Assembly (NCBI GenBank): GCA_944381575.1
Contig: CALWLS010000003.1
Span: forward strand, 128,760-192,759
Direction: 5' to 3'
Length of the DNA stretch: 64,000 nt
Origin: an uncultured Lachnospiraceae bacterium
Lineage (GTDB): Bacteria > Bacillota > Clostridia > Lachnospirales > Lachnospiraceae
This document shows, one piece after another, positions 39,498 to 49,905 of this stretch (the stretch's first letter is position 1; every line of letters starts with the position of its first letter). The notes beneath the pieces were generated by a model. That model saw nothing but the letters and a program-made list of their open reading frames with translations. It was not told where the DNA came from and searched no databases. Position numbers and translations under genes: made by a program.

Positions 39498-40076
39498 ATG
39501 GGTGCTGGCATATCTACCGAAAAATGCAAAAACATAGATGAGATAAAAGAGGAGACAAGGACTCTACTTACGGAGCTTTTGGATGTCGCAGGACTGGAGC
39601 CTGGAGACGCCATAGTTGTAGGCTGTTCCTCCAGTGAGGTCGCGGACCATAAGATAGGCTCCTATTCCAGTGAAGAGATAGGGGAGGCCATATGCGAGAC
39701 AATACTGGACACGCTTAAGGGAACGGGGATATATCTTGCCGCCCAGTGCTGCGAGCATTTAAACAGGGCCATAATAGTTGAAAAACAGTACGCTAAGGAA
39801 AACAGGATACCTGAGGTAAATGTAGTACCGCAGCTTAAAGCCGGAGGCTCCTTTGCCACAGCCTGCTATAAGCATTTCAGTGAACCGGTCGCAGTGGAAG
39901 GCATACAGGCCGCTGCGGGCATGGATATAGGAGATACGCTGATAGGCATGCATTTAAGACCGGTCGCAGTGCCTGTAAGGGGAAGCATTGGAGAGATAGG
40001 ACATGCTCATGTATGCATGGCAAGGACAAGGGCAAAATATATAGGCGGAGAAAGAGCTGTTTATAAAAAACAGTAA
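39498..40076 (+). CDS. TIGR01440/DUF436 family protein
   Basis: 192 aa. ...GD.IVVGCSSSEV....IG..SS.EIGEAI...... and ...CCEHLNRA.I.E motifs. Confidence 0.75.
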   Translation: MGAGISTEKCKNIDEIKEETRTLLTELLDVAGLEPGDAIVVGCSSSEVADHKIGSYSSEEIGEAICETILDTLKGTGIYLAAQCCEHLNRAIIVEKQYAKENRIPEVNVVPQLKAGGSFATACYKHFSEPVAVEGIQAAAGMDIGDTLIGMHLRPVAVPVRGSIGEIGHAHVCMARTRAKYIGGERAVYKKQ

Positions 40077-40218
40077 GCACCGGGCCGCCGCCCATTAAGG
40101 AGAAACGGTGAAGAAATAATGAAAGGCTTTTAAGCAGAGATGGCTTCAGATCGGGTACAGATGCTGCAGATGCCGGGAAAAGGATACGCATATGCGTTTG
40201 ATGTAAGATGGAGTTTTT

Positions 40219-40698
40219 ATGAGGATAGGACACGGATATGACGTTCACAGGCTCACGGAAGGAAGAAGGCTGATAATCGGAGGGGTGGAGATCCCTTATG
40301 AAAAGGGTCTGCTCGGACATTCCGACGCCGACGTGCTTACCCATGCCGTAATGGATTCGCTCCTTGGGGCGGCAGCGCTGGGGGATATAGGCATGCATTT
40401 TCCGGACAATGATGATAGATTTCTTGGAGCTGACAGTGTACAATTACTTAATGAGACCGTAAAGCTGCTTAAGGAAAACGGGTATGTCCCGGGCAACATT
40501 GACTGCACGATCATCTGTCAGAAACCAAAGCTTAAGGACCATACACCAGGCATGAGGAAGAAACTGTCGGAGGCTCTTGGCATCGATATATCAAAGGTCA
40601 GCGTGAAGGCTACGACAGAAGAGGGACTTGGTTTTACGGGAAGCGGCGAGGGCATAGCCGCGCATGCGGTCTGCATATTGGAGGAAAAGGATTCATGA
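40219..40698 (+). CDS. ispF: 2-C-methyl-D-erythritol 2,4-cyclodiphosphate synthase
   Basis: 159 aa, [41 protein letters not shown]...GDIG..FP. Confidence 0.97.
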   Translation: MRIGHGYDVHRLTEGRRLIIGGVEIPYEKGLLGHSDADVLTHAVMDSLLGAAALGDIGMHFPDNDDRFLGADSVQLLNETVKLLKENGYVPGNIDCTIICQKPKLKDHTPGMRKKLSEALGIDISKVSVKATTEEGLGFTGSGEGIAAHAVCILEEKDS

Positions 40699-42113
40699 AG
40701 ATATTTGATACTTTACAGCGCAGGAAACTGGAGTTCAAACCCATAGAAGACGGCAAGGTGACCATGTACGTCTGCGGGCCTACCGTATATAATCTTATTC
40801 ATATTGGAAATGCGCGTCCGATGATAGTATTCGATACTTTCCGCAGATATCTGGAGTATAAGGGATATGACGTGAGATACGTATCCAACTTTACGGATGT
40901 CGATGATAAGATCATAAAGGCAGCGAATGAGGAGGGCGTGGATTCATCGGTCATCTCTGAGCGTTATATCGAGGAGTGCAAAAAGGATATGGAGGCGCTA
41001 AATATCAAGCCGGCCACTGTGCATCCTCAGGCTACAAAAGAGATAGACGGGATGATCAAAATGATCTCCACGCTTATAGAAAAGGGCCACGCCTACGTGG
41101 CTGAGGATGGAACGGTCTATTTCAGCGTGGAAACGGATCCGGATTACGGAAAGCTCAGCCATAAGGACATGGATGAAATGATGTCCGGCTTAAGGGACCT
41201 GAAGGTCAGCGGAGAGGAACAGAAAAGGAACCCTAACGATTTTGTGCTCTGGAAGCCCAAGAAGGAGGGGGAGCCGTCCTGGCCTTCGCCGTGGTGCGAT
41301 GGACGTCCGGGCTGGCATATAGAGTGTTCAGTGATGAGCCAGAAATATCTCGGCGACACCATAGACATACATGCCGGAGGCGAGGACCTCATATTCCCGC
41401 ATCATGAAAATGAGATAGCCCAGTCCGAGTGCGCCACCGGCAAGCCATTCTGCCACTACTGGATGCATAACGGATTTTTAAAGATCAACAATGAGAAAAT
41501 GTCCAAGTCTCTTGGAAATTTCTTTACAGTAAGGGATATCACCTCACAGTATGACCCTATGGTCTTAAGGCTCTTCATACTCAGTGCGCAGTACCGCACT
41601 CCGCTTAATTTCTCAAAGGAGCTCATGGAGCAGATCAAGGCGTCGTATGAGAGGATATTGAACTGCACGGATAAGCTTACAGAGCTCAGCAAGTCAAAGG
41701 CGGGCACGGAAGACGTTATGACCGCTGCCGAAACGGCTGACAGGGATAAGGCGGAAGGATATATAAAGGCCTTTGAGGAAGCTATGGATGACGACAACAA
41801 TACGGCCAATGCGGAGACGGCGGTATTTGAGATAGTCCGTCTTGCAAATGCCACTGCTTCGGAGACCTCTTCAAAGGCATATGTGGATTATCTATTAAAT
41901 ACAATAAAGACTCTTCTGGACGGAGTGCTGGGAGTAAGGTCGGAGAGAAAGAAGGAGGTCCTGGATTCCGAGATAGAGGAGCTTATCGAAAAGAGACAGG
42001 CCGCAAGGAAGGCAAAGGACTTCGCCCTGGCTGACGCCATAAGGGATCAGCTCTTAGAGCAGGGCATTATCCTTGAGGACACAAGAGAAGGAGTTAAGTG
42101 GAAGAGAGCGTGA
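40695..42113 (+). CDS. cysS: cysteine--tRNA ligase
   Basis: 472 aa. HIGN motif ([11 protein letters not shown]), KMSKS motif, zinc ligands (CGPTVY, WHIEC). ATGA overlap with ispF. Confidence 0.97.
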   Translation: MKIFDTLQRRKLEFKPIEDGKVTMYVCGPTVYNLIHIGNARPMIVFDTFRRYLEYKGYDVRYVSNFTDVDDKIIKAANEEGVDSSVISERYIEECKKDMEALNIKPATVHPQATKEIDGMIKMISTLIEKGHAYVAEDGTVYFSVETDPDYGKLSHKDMDEMMSGLRDLKVSGEEQKRNPNDFVLWKPKKEGEPSWPSPWCDGRPGWHIECSVMSQKYLGDTIDIHAGGEDLIFPHHENEIAQSECATGKPFCHYWMHNGFLKINNEKMSKSLGNFFTVRDITSQYDPMVLRLFILSAQYRTPLNFSKELMEQIKASYERILNCTDKLTELSKSKAGTEDVMTAAETADRDKAEGYIKAFEEAMDDDNNTANAETAVFEIVRLANATASETSSKAYVDYLLNTIKTLLDGVLGVRSERKKEVLDSEIEELIEKRQAARKAKDFALADAIRDQLLEQGIILEDTREGVKWKRA

Positions 42114-42544
42114 TCAGTAAAAACTCCTCCGGAGACCCTTATCAGATGAACGGTCTTACCCTTGCATACATAGGCGACGCGGTGTTTGAGCTTATGGTCA
42201 GGGAGCATATGATAGAAAACGGCTTCAGACAGGCCAATAAGCTCCATAAGCATACGACTGCCGCGGTAAATGCCGGGACTCAGTCAAGGATGAGTATGGC
42301 TGTAATGGATATGCTTAACAACATGGAGCTTGCAGTATATAAGAGAGGCCGTAACTCAGCTCCCATGACCTCCGCAAAGCACCAGACCATATCGGACTAT
42401 CGCAGGGCGACGGGGCTTGAAGCCCTTTTCGGTTACCTGTACCTTAAGGGTGAAGAGGAAAGGCTTAAGGAGATCTTTGAAAAATGCATGGAGAGCATTG
42501 AAGAGGAAGCGTCTGATGCCAAAGACGCCGGGGCTGACCAGTAA
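42098..42544 (+). CDS. mrnC: Mini-ribonuclease 3 (Mini-III)
   Basis: 148 aa. ...LNGLTLAYIGDAVFEL.VR.H... RNase III signature. Conserved position after cysS. GTG start overlaps the cysS 3' end. Confidence 0.88.
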   Translation: MEESVISKNSSGDPYQMNGLTLAYIGDAVFELMVREHMIENGFRQANKLHKHTTAAVNAGTQSRMSMAVMDMLNNMELAVYKRGRNSAPMTSAKHQTISDYRRATGLEALFGYLYLKGEEERLKEIFEKCMESIEEEASDAKDAGADQ

Positions 42545-42604
42545 GGTTTTTCGGAAAAATATCGAGGAAACCGAAATACATATATCATATTTATAATCAT
42601 TATG

Positions 42605-42638
42605 GCCCGGGGCTTTATATAAGGCCCCGGGCTTTTTT
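42605..42638 (+). terminator. intrinsic terminator after mrnC
   Basis: GCCCGGGGC / GCCCCGGGC 9-bp GC stem plus TTTTTT. Confidence 0.85.
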
Positions 42639-42673
42639 ACTGCTGTGTGTATCACGGTATAAAGGTCCCGTCC

Positions 42674-42691
42674 ATGCATGTATACATGCAT
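42674..42691. promoter_or_regulatory. perfect 18-bp palindrome, candidate operator or activator site for the TRAP operon
   Basis: ATGCATGTATACATGCAT equals its own reverse complement. It ends 8 nt upstream of the -35 hexamer. Confidence 0.5.
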
Positions 42692-42699
42692 ACTTTATG

Positions 42700-42728
42700 T
42701 TGACATTAAAGTAGGGCGCGGATATAAT
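42700..42728 (+). promoter_or_regulatory. consensus sigma-A promoter of the TAXI-TRAP operon
   Basis: TTGACA (42700-42705), 17-nt spacer, TATAAT (42723-42728). Confidence 0.7.
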
Positions 42729-42775
42729 TAAAATCACGTTAAAATTTAATTAAGAAAATATAAGGAGAGGGTTAT

Positions 42776-43813
42776 ATGAAGAAATTATTGTCGATAGTAG
42801 CCGCTGCTGCAATGGCATTTTCACTTGCTGCCTGCGGCACGGACAGCGGAACGGCTTCAGAAGGAAGCGTGACTGCTGAGGGTTCAGCTTCTCAGGCAGA
42901 GGTCGGAGAGACTGTAGCTCCTACGGGTCAGAGGATGACCATGGGTACAGGCGGCACCTCCGGAACATATTACGCATTTGGCGGAGTCCTTGGACAGTAT
43001 ATCAAGAACAAGGCCGGTATAGATATCACTGTTGTGGCTACTGACGGATCAAAGTCAAATATACAGGGTATTGACGCCGGTGACTATCAGCTCGGCACGG
43101 TACAGTCTGACGTTATAGCATACGCCTGGGACGGAACAAAGGCTTTTGAAAATGACGGGCCTGTTCAGAACTTCCGTATAATAGGAGGCCTCTATGCCGA
43201 GACTGTACAGCTTGTGACCCTTAACCCTGACATCAAGACGGCAGCAGATCTTAAGGGCAAGTCCGTTTCCATCGGCGCTCCGGGATCCGGAGTATATTTC
43301 AACGCCATAGACGTACTCAATGCCGCAGGTCTTACCGAGGATGACATCAAGCCTCAGTACTTAAGCTTTGCGGACAGCGCCGAGGGACTTAAGGACGGAA
43401 AGATCGATGCAGCGTTCATCGTTGCGGGAGCTCCTACTCCGGCGATAACTGAGATAGCCACTTCAAATGACGTGACTCTTGTACCTATCGATGGCGAGAT
43501 GGCTGACACTATACTTGCGGACTGCCCATACTACACGACACTTACCATACCGGCAGGAACGTATCCTGGACAGGATGAGGATGTGGAAACCATAACCATC
43601 AAGGCTACCCTCATAGTTTCAGCGGACGCTGATGAGGATACGGTCTACAACATTACAAAGGCTATATATGATAATGCGGACTCCATAGCCGCAGAGCACT
43701 CCAAGGGAGCGGAGCTCACCATTGAAAATGCCACAAGCGGCATGACAGCGCCGTTCCATAGCGGAGCCGCAAAATATTTTGAGGAGCAGGGCGTTACCGT
43801 AGAGACAGAGTAA
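42776..43813 (+). CDS. TAXI family TRAP transporter solute-binding lipoprotein
   Basis: 345 aa. Lipobox LAAC, GTGGTSGTYYAFGG motif, ...HSGAAKYF.E.G. Confidence 0.9.
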   Translation: MKKLLSIVAAAAMAFSLAACGTDSGTASEGSVTAEGSASQAEVGETVAPTGQRMTMGTGGTSGTYYAFGGVLGQYIKNKAGIDITVVATDGSKSNIQGIDAGDYQLGTVQSDVIAYAWDGTKAFENDGPVQNFRIIGGLYAETVQLVTLNPDIKTAADLKGKSVSIGAPGSGVYFNAIDVLNAAGLTEDDIKPQYLSFADSAEGLKDGKIDAAFIVAGAPTPAITEIATSNDVTLVPIDGEMADTILADCPYYTTLTIPAGTYPGQDEDVETITIKATLIVSADADEDTVYNITKAIYDNADSIAAEHSKGAELTIENATSGMTAPFHSGAAKYFEEQGVTVETE

Positions 43814-43833
43814 CGTTAAAAGGTTAGATCACG

Positions 43834-45822
43834 ATGAGTTTTAATAACGACGAAAATAAGACTAAAAATGCTGTTACGGAGACGGTAAATCCGGACAGCG
43901 ACAGGGAGAATATCCAGTCGGCAGTCGACGACGTTATGAAGAAGTTTGACCGTGAGTCAAATACACGTGTCTGGGAGGGGACTCCGAGGCTCGTCGTTGA
44001 TGCGCTGCTCATTGCGTTTTCACTGTTCTGCATGTATGTTACCCTTTGGGGGACCTTCCTTGAGGAGGTAAGGCTGACCTCCTTTATGGCGTGCATAGTT
44101 TTTCTTGGATATCTTATATTTCCGGCAAAAAAAGGCGAGCAGAAGGCGAACTTCATGCCGTGGTACGACGTGATCCTCATGGTAGTCGGCACCGGGGCCT
44201 TCCTGTACTTCACATTTAACGCCATAGACATCATACAGCAGGGAAGTAAATTCGATACCTATCAGATAGTGATAGGAATATTCGGCATACTGTCCTTAGC
44301 TGAGATCTGCCGCAGATCCGTAGGTCTTCCGATACTTATAGTGGCCGGCGCTTTCATCATATATGCGCTTACCACCGGCCTTACGAACCCGACATTTTCA
44401 GGAAGGCTGAACTACGCGGTAAGGCTTCTGTTCTATTCGAAGGAAGGAATACTTTCAACGCCTGTAAACACCTGTTCCAAGTTTATAGTGGTGTTCATCA
44501 TATTCGGTGCCTTCCTTGAGAGGACCGGAATATCGGATTTCTTTATTGATTTTGCCAACTCCCTTGTGGGAGCATTTTCAGGAGGACCGGCAAAGGTTGC
44601 CGTAATATCCTCAGCACTCCTTGGCATGGTATCAGGATCTTCAGTTGCAAATACCGTAGGCTCCGGTTCCGTTACCATACCGATGATGAAAAAGACAGGC
44701 TACAAGCCGGAATTTGCGGGAGCCGTCGAGGCCGCTGCATCCACGGGCGGACAGATAATGCCTCCTATCATGGGAGCGGCAGCCTTCCTCATGGCTGATA
44801 TAGTAAACGTGCCTTACAGCAACATCATAGTAAGGGCCATCATACCGGCAGTGCTTTACTTTACGGGCATCTACATTGCAGTCCATGTTGAGGCAAAAAA
44901 GGAAGGACTTCTCGGCATACCTAAGGAGCAGCTTCCTAAGATGAGCAGCCTGGTAAAGGATATTTACCTGCTCATACCTATAGTTATGCTCATATGGCTC
45001 GTAAGTACCTCCACGAGGACCATACAGACGGCGGCGGCTCTTTCCATAGTGGCAGCCATAATAGTGAGCTTCCCTAACAAAAAATACCGTATGAACTTAA
45101 GAGGTATATGCGCTGCTCTTGCAGTCGGAGGAAAGGGATGCATCTCCGTTGCCGCAGCCTGCGGTATCGCCGGCATCATAGCCGGAACCATTACCATGAC
45201 AGGCCTTGCAAACATCCTTATAAACGGTATAGTAGCCATAGCCGGAAATCAGGTCATAATAGCTCTGTTCCTTACCATGATATGCTGTATCGTGCTGGGC
45301 ATGGGCGTGCCTACGACGGCTAACTACTGCATCATGGCGGCTACCTGCGCGCCGATACTTATCAGGATGGGAGTCCCTACTCTTGCGGCTCACTTCTTCG
45401 TATTCTATTTCGGCATCGTAGCTGACATCACTCCTCCGGTAGCTTTAGCGGCCTACGCCGGAGCGGCCATAGCAAAGGCCGATGCCATGAAGACAGCCAT
45501 AAATGCCACAAAGCTTGCCATAGCTGCATTCATAGTTCCATATATCTTAGCGCTTAATCCTGCCATGGTGCTTATCGATGTATCAGGACCGCTTCAAATA
45601 GCAGGCATAGTCGTATCGTCGTTGGTAGGTATATACGGAGTTTCCACCGGAGTCGCCGGGTATATGATAACCAACATGAATCCGCTGCAGAGGATCATTT
45701 CCATATGCGGAGGCCTGATGCTTATGTACCCTGGAACGCCTTCGGATATAGCCGGAGTCGTACTCGTTGCCATAGTATTTATCTGGCAGAAGATGTCTGA
45801 GAAAAAGGCAGTGGCAGTATAA
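43834..45822 (+). CDS. TRAP transporter permease (fused small/large subunits, TAXI type)
   Basis: 662 aa, highly hydrophobic multi-TM protein directly downstream of the TAXI binding protein. Confidence 0.88.
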   Translation: MSFNNDENKTKNAVTETVNPDSDRENIQSAVDDVMKKFDRESNTRVWEGTPRLVVDALLIAFSLFCMYVTLWGTFLEEVRLTSFMACIVFLGYLIFPAKKGEQKANFMPWYDVILMVVGTGAFLYFTFNAIDIIQQGSKFDTYQIVIGIFGILSLAEICRRSVGLPILIVAGAFIIYALTTGLTNPTFSGRLNYAVRLLFYSKEGILSTPVNTCSKFIVVFIIFGAFLERTGISDFFIDFANSLVGAFSGGPAKVAVISSALLGMVSGSSVANTVGSGSVTIPMMKKTGYKPEFAGAVEAAASTGGQIMPPIMGAAAFLMADIVNVPYSNIIVRAIIPAVLYFTGIYIAVHVEAKKEGLLGIPKEQLPKMSSLVKDIYLLIPIVMLIWLVSTSTRTIQTAAALSIVAAIIVSFPNKKYRMNLRGICAALAVGGKGCISVAAACGIAGIIAGTITMTGLANILINGIVAIAGNQVIIALFLTMICCIVLGMGVPTTANYCIMAATCAPILIRMGVPTLAAHFFVFYFGIVADITPPVALAAYAGAAIAKADAMKTAINATKLAIAAFIVPYILALNPAMVLIDVSGPLQIAGIVVSSLVGIYGVSTGVAGYMITNMNPLQRIISICGGLMLMYPGTPSDIAGVVLVAIVFIWQKMSEKKAVAV

Positions 45823-45914
45823 GGCTGGCGTAAGGAGATGTTCCGTTAAATAAAGGAAAACATATCGCTGAATAAAAATGCCGGATGGGGCAAAACGCCT
45901 GTCCGGTACCATAG

Positions 45915-45976
45915 GGGCTTCAGAATGTCAAAGGCTTAAAAGCGGGCTGGCATTTTGAAGCCCTTTAGTCTTTTTA
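45915..45976 (+). terminator. intrinsic terminator after the TRAP operon
   Basis: 16-bp stem GGGCUUCAGAAUGUCA / UGGCAUUUUGAAGCCC (two G-U pairs), followed by tttagtcttttt. Confidence 0.65.
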
Positions 45977-46076
45977 CCGCAGCGGTTGAAGGATCATGAA
46001 AAGTATCGTAAAATTATAAAGTTATGATATTTTAGAACATGACATTTAAAACTTATCGGATACAGAGGAAATACTG

Positions 46077-46901
46077 ATGCCATTCATATATGAAGATTAT
46101 AAAAAAAGCGCCGATGCGCTGTTTGAGCTTTCAGGGGGAGCTGAGCCCGAGATACTTCTGATACTTGGGTCCGGGCTCGGGTTCATGGCTGACGAGATAG
46201 AGAGTCCGGTATATGTGGGCTATGGAGACGTGCCTAATATGAAGCGCTCCACCGCTCCGGATCATAAGGGCAGATTTGTTTTCGGAAGGCTCTGCGGCAA
46301 AAATGTGGCCGTTATGCAGGGAAGGCTCCACTGCTACGAGGGGTATTCCATGGAGGAGGCCGCATATCCGGTGAGGGTCTTAAGACTGCTGGGGACGAAA
46401 AAGCTGCTGCTCACCAATGCGGCGGGCTGCGTCAACACCTCCTGGCAAAAGGGAGATATAATGGTGATAAACGACCATATCAGGCTGTTTGGCTTCGGGC
46501 CGCTTAACGGTCCTAATATAAGCGAGTTTGGGCCGAGATTTAACGATATGGTGAGGGCCTATGACGGGGAATATATTGATCTGGCCAAAAAGGCTGCCGG
46601 AGACCTTGGGATCAGCATAAGGACCGGGGTCTATATGTATTTTCCGGGACCGTCATTTGAAACTCCTGCAGAGATCAGGGCCGCAAGGGTGCTTGGAGCC
46701 GATGCTGTGGGCATGAGTACGGTGCCCGAGGCTACGGTGGCTGCGCACTGCGGGATGAGGACCCTTGGACTCAGCCTTCTTACAAATATGGCAGCCGGTA
46801 TATCAGGGGAAAAGCTTTCCGGAGAGGAAGTAAACCAGACGGCAGAGGAGTCCTCGGAGAGATTTTCAGCACTGGTAAGAAAAGTGATCACCGGGATGTG
46901 A
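46077..46901 (+). CDS. punA: purine nucleoside phosphorylase (PunA/PNP-I family)
   Basis: 274 aa. ...ILGSGLG......, ...GR.H.YEG......P.R....LG......TNAAG..., ...GMSTVPE. Confidence 0.9.
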   Translation: MPFIYEDYKKSADALFELSGGAEPEILLILGSGLGFMADEIESPVYVGYGDVPNMKRSTAPDHKGRFVFGRLCGKNVAVMQGRLHCYEGYSMEEAAYPVRVLRLLGTKKLLLTNAAGCVNTSWQKGDIMVINDHIRLFGFGPLNGPNISEFGPRFNDMVRAYDGEYIDLAKKAAGDLGISIRTGVYMYFPGPSFETPAEIRAARVLGADAVGMSTVPEATVAAHCGMRTLGLSLLTNMAAGISGEKLSGEEVNQTAEESSERFSALVRKVITGM

Positions 46902-46911
46902 GGAGCAGGAC

Positions 46912-48099
46912 ATGCAGACGGAAAAGTTATACTATGAGGATGCGTATATAAGGGAATTTGAAGCCGAAGTGATTTCATGCAGCAGGCTTACGGACGGTAA
47001 GGATGGGACAGTCTTTGCCATAGAGCTTGACAGGACGGCCTTTTATCCGGAGGGCGGCGGACAGACTGCAGACACCGGATATATGTGCATTGATGGGAAT
47101 GACCGCGTAAGGATACTTGATACAAGGGAAAAGGAAGGCCGGATACTGCACTATGCCGATTATCCTATTGAGCCCGGTACGAAGGTGGAGGGTCTGATAG
47201 ACTGGGACAGGCGTTTTGATCACATGCAGCAGCACAGCGGAGAGCATATAGTAAGCGGGATGATCTGCAAGAGATTCATCTGCGACAATATAGGCTTTCA
47301 TATGGGCAGCGACACTGTGATAATAGACTATAACGCCGACGTGGACCGGGTGTCCTTAAATGAGATAGAGGCTGAGGCCAACAGATATATATGGGAGGCT
47401 CATGAGTCCCGGATATTTTTTCCGGATAAGGAGGAGCTTGATAAGCTCCATTACAGGAGCAAAAAAGAGATAGCCGGAGATGTGAGGATCACGGAGTTTC
47501 CGGGAGCAGACATATGCGCCTGCTGCGGTACCCATGTTAAAAACAGCGCGGAGGTGGGCCTTGTAAAATTCATTTCCCTGCAGCACATAGGTAAGGGTAC
47601 CCGTATAGGCCTGCTTTCAGGAAAAAGGGCTTTGGATTTTCTTTCCATGAACTTTGAGCAGAACTCAGAGGTGGCAAAGGCAATGGCTGCAAGCCTTGAT
47701 AAGACCGCCTCGGTATACCTTAAACAAAAGGAGGAGCTTAAGGAGGCCAAATTCAGGGCTTCAGAGGCTGAGGAGAAATATCTGAAATACGAGGCCGAAA
47801 AGTACCGCGACAAGGGAAATGTACTTGTATTTGAGGATGGACTCACGGCTGATGGAGTAAGAAAATACTGCGTTATTTTAGGAGAGACCGCAGGCGGCAG
47901 ATGCGCAGTATTCAGCCGGGATAAGGATGCGGGCTTTAAGTACGCGGTCATATACCCGGGACATGACATAAGGGAGTTTATAAAGACCATGAACTCCGCT
48001 TTGAGCGGAAGAGGCGGAGGAAAGGACGGCTTTGCTCAGGGATCCGTGCAGGCAGAGGAAGGACAGATCAGGGAGTTTTTCAGTTCTGTCCTGGCCTGA
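46912..48099 (+). CDS. alanyl-tRNA editing protein (AlaX-L type with DHHA1-like C-terminal domain)
   Basis: 395 aa. ...DRTAFYPEGGGQ..D.G..., HSGEH and CCGTHV zinc/editing motifs, C-terminal GRGGGK...AQG. Confidence 0.85.
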   Translation: MQTEKLYYEDAYIREFEAEVISCSRLTDGKDGTVFAIELDRTAFYPEGGGQTADTGYMCIDGNDRVRILDTREKEGRILHYADYPIEPGTKVEGLIDWDRRFDHMQQHSGEHIVSGMICKRFICDNIGFHMGSDTVIIDYNADVDRVSLNEIEAEANRYIWEAHESRIFFPDKEELDKLHYRSKKEIAGDVRITEFPGADICACCGTHVKNSAEVGLVKFISLQHIGKGTRIGLLSGKRALDFLSMNFEQNSEVAKAMAASLDKTASVYLKQKEELKEAKFRASEAEEKYLKYEAEKYRDKGNVLVFEDGLTADGVRKYCVILGETAGGRCAVFSRDKDAGFKYAVIYPGHDIREFIKTMNSALSGRGGGKDGFAQGSVQAEEGQIREFFSSVLA

Positions 48100-48141
48100 A
48101 AACCGTGCCTGAAAACCATAAAATATCTTTAGAGGTGAAAA

Positions 48142-49005
48142 TTGAAAGTAGCTGTTATGACTGATACGAACAGCAGTATCAGCGTTGAGACTGGAAAGCG
48201 CGACGGCATTTTTGTATTGCCGATGCCGATAATCATAGAAGATAAGACCTTCCTTGAGGGGGAGGGCATAAGCCCGATGGATTACTACAGAGAGCTGGAA
48301 AAGGGAACGGATTCATCCACTTCCCAGCCTGCTCCGGACAGCTTTATATCCATGTGGGACAGCATTTTTAAAGAGGGATATGACGAGATAGTGTATATAC
48401 CGATGTCCAGCGGACTCAGCGGCTCCTGCGAGACGGCGGAATCCTTTGCAAAGAGCTATGACGGCCGGGTCCAGGTAGTGGATAACCACCGCATATCCGT
48501 AACTCTCATGGATTCCGTATATGACGCCCTTAAGTTAGCGGAGCAGGGACTTGATGCGGCAGGTATAAAGGCTGAGCTTGAAAAAAGGGCCTATGACCAG
48601 AGCATATATATAACCGTGACCACATTGAAAAGGCTTATAAAGAGCGGAAGGGTCACCCCGGCAGGGGCGGCCATCGCCTCGGCCCTGAATTTAAAGCCCA
48701 TACTTCAGATACAGGGTGAAAAACTGGACGCCTTCGCCAAGGTAAGGGGAATGAAGAAGGCGGAAAAGGTCATGATAGACTCCATAAGAGCCGATATCGA
48801 AAACAGGTTTAAGGATGTGCCTGAGGAAAAGCTCAGGGTGAGAGTGGCGGGCACCCTTACGGACAGGGAAGCGGCAGACCAGTGGAGGCAGCAGGTACAG
48901 ACCGCCTTTCCTGAGTTTGAGGTGGATTATTATGACCTGCCTTGCTCCATAGCGAGCCATGTGGGGCATAACGCCGTGGCAACGGCGGTAAATGTCGTGA
49001 TCTGA
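48142..49005 (+). CDS. DegV family fatty-acid-binding protein
   Basis: 287 aa, TTG start after an AGAGGTGA SD. ...V.TD....I............VLPM....., ...TSQP.P..F, ...S.GLSGS. Confidence 0.88.
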   Translation: MKVAVMTDTNSSISVETGKRDGIFVLPMPIIIEDKTFLEGEGISPMDYYRELEKGTDSSTSQPAPDSFISMWDSIFKEGYDEIVYIPMSSGLSGSCETAESFAKSYDGRVQVVDNHRISVTLMDSVYDALKLAEQGLDAAGIKAELEKRAYDQSIYITVTTLKRLIKSGRVTPAGAAIASALNLKPILQIQGEKLDAFAKVRGMKKAEKVMIDSIRADIENRFKDVPEEKLRVRVAGTLTDREAADQWRQQVQTAFPEFEVDYYDLPCSIASHVGHNAVATAVNVVI

Positions 49006-49054
49006 CGCATTTATAAGCCTGCTTAAGGTGCGGGCAGTATAATGGAGATGAATA

Positions 49055-49882
49055 ATGGCGGAGACCATAAGAGAATCAGACAAAGTAAAATATATAAGCT
49101 GTGACGGCCTTGAGGAGACAGGGCTGGTGGAGCATGGCTTCATGACAAGGATCGGAGGCATAAGCGAAGGCCCCTACGCCTCCCTTAACCTTGGCTATAG
49201 GCGCGGTGACGATGATGAAAAAGTCACGGAAAATTTCAGGCTTGCCGCAGCCTGCTTTAATACGGACATAAGCCATATGGTAACGGGACACCAGACCCAT
49301 ACCGCAGTAGTAAGAAAGGTCAGCGCCGATGACGCCGGAAAGGGCGTTACAGTTAAAAGGGACTACACGGATGTGGACGGCCTCATAACGAATGTGCCGG
49401 GACTCCTGCTTGGGACATCCCACGCTGACTGTACGCCGGTTTTTCTGCTGGATCCGGTACATTTGGCCGTAGGGATGGTCCACTCCGGCTGGAGGGGAAC
49501 GGTGAAACGCATAGGCCGTAACGCCGTACGCATGATGACGGAGGAATTCGGCTCTGATCCAGAGGATATCCTGGCCTTTGTAGGGCCATGCATATGTAAA
49601 AGCTGTTATGAGGTAGGCAGTGAAGTGGCGGAGGAATTTGCGGAGCTAAGCTCATATGAGCCGGACATACTCACGCAAAAGCCGGATGGAAAATATCTTT
49701 TGGACCTAAAGGCCGCAAACGCCCTGATACTTAAGTTATCGGGTCTTAGGGATGAAAATATAACAGTGTCGGAGCACTGCACGTACGAGGAAGAGGAGCT
49801 TTTCTTTTCGCATCGCCGCATGGGCGCCGTAAGAGGCCAGAATATGGCCTTCATAGGCCTTAAGGAACAAAAGCGGTTTTAA
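49055..49882 (+). CDS. pgeF: peptidoglycan editing factor PgeF (YfiH/DUF152 family)
   Basis: 275 aa. ..HGF.TR.GG.S.GPYASLNLG, ...HADC.PV...D, ...HSGWRGT, ...C.C..C. Confidence 0.9.
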   Translation: MAETIRESDKVKYISCDGLEETGLVEHGFMTRIGGISEGPYASLNLGYRRGDDDEKVTENFRLAAACFNTDISHMVTGHQTHTAVVRKVSADDAGKGVTVKRDYTDVDGLITNVPGLLLGTSHADCTPVFLLDPVHLAVGMVHSGWRGTVKRIGRNAVRMMTEEFGSDPEDILAFVGPCICKSCYEVGSEVAEEFAELSSYEPDILTQKPDGKYLLDLKAANALILKLSGLRDENITVSEHCTYEEEELFFSHRRMGAVRGQNMAFIGLKEQKRF

Positions 49883-49905
49883 TTTGGAAGGGTTATGGTG
49901 ATCGC

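Noticed and set aside
40186-40197. 12-bp perfect palindrome ACGCATATGCGT about 20 nt upstream of ispF
   Set aside because: It is short, and CATATG-centred palindromes recur by chance (another occurs in the terminator at 5087-5108). There is no recognisable promoter context. It is too weak to call an operator.
39877-40443. 188-aa minus-strand ORF spanning the TIGR01440/ispF intergenic region
   Set aside because: It overlaps two well-supported + strand genes, and its translation is Leu/Ser/Pro/His-rich without motifs.
40077-40694. Looked for a T-box leader upstream of cysS
   Set aside because: cysS is translationally coupled to ispF (ATGA overlap). The ispF upstream region shows no specifier-loop or T-box consensus (no AGAGA...GGUGGUACCGCG-like element).
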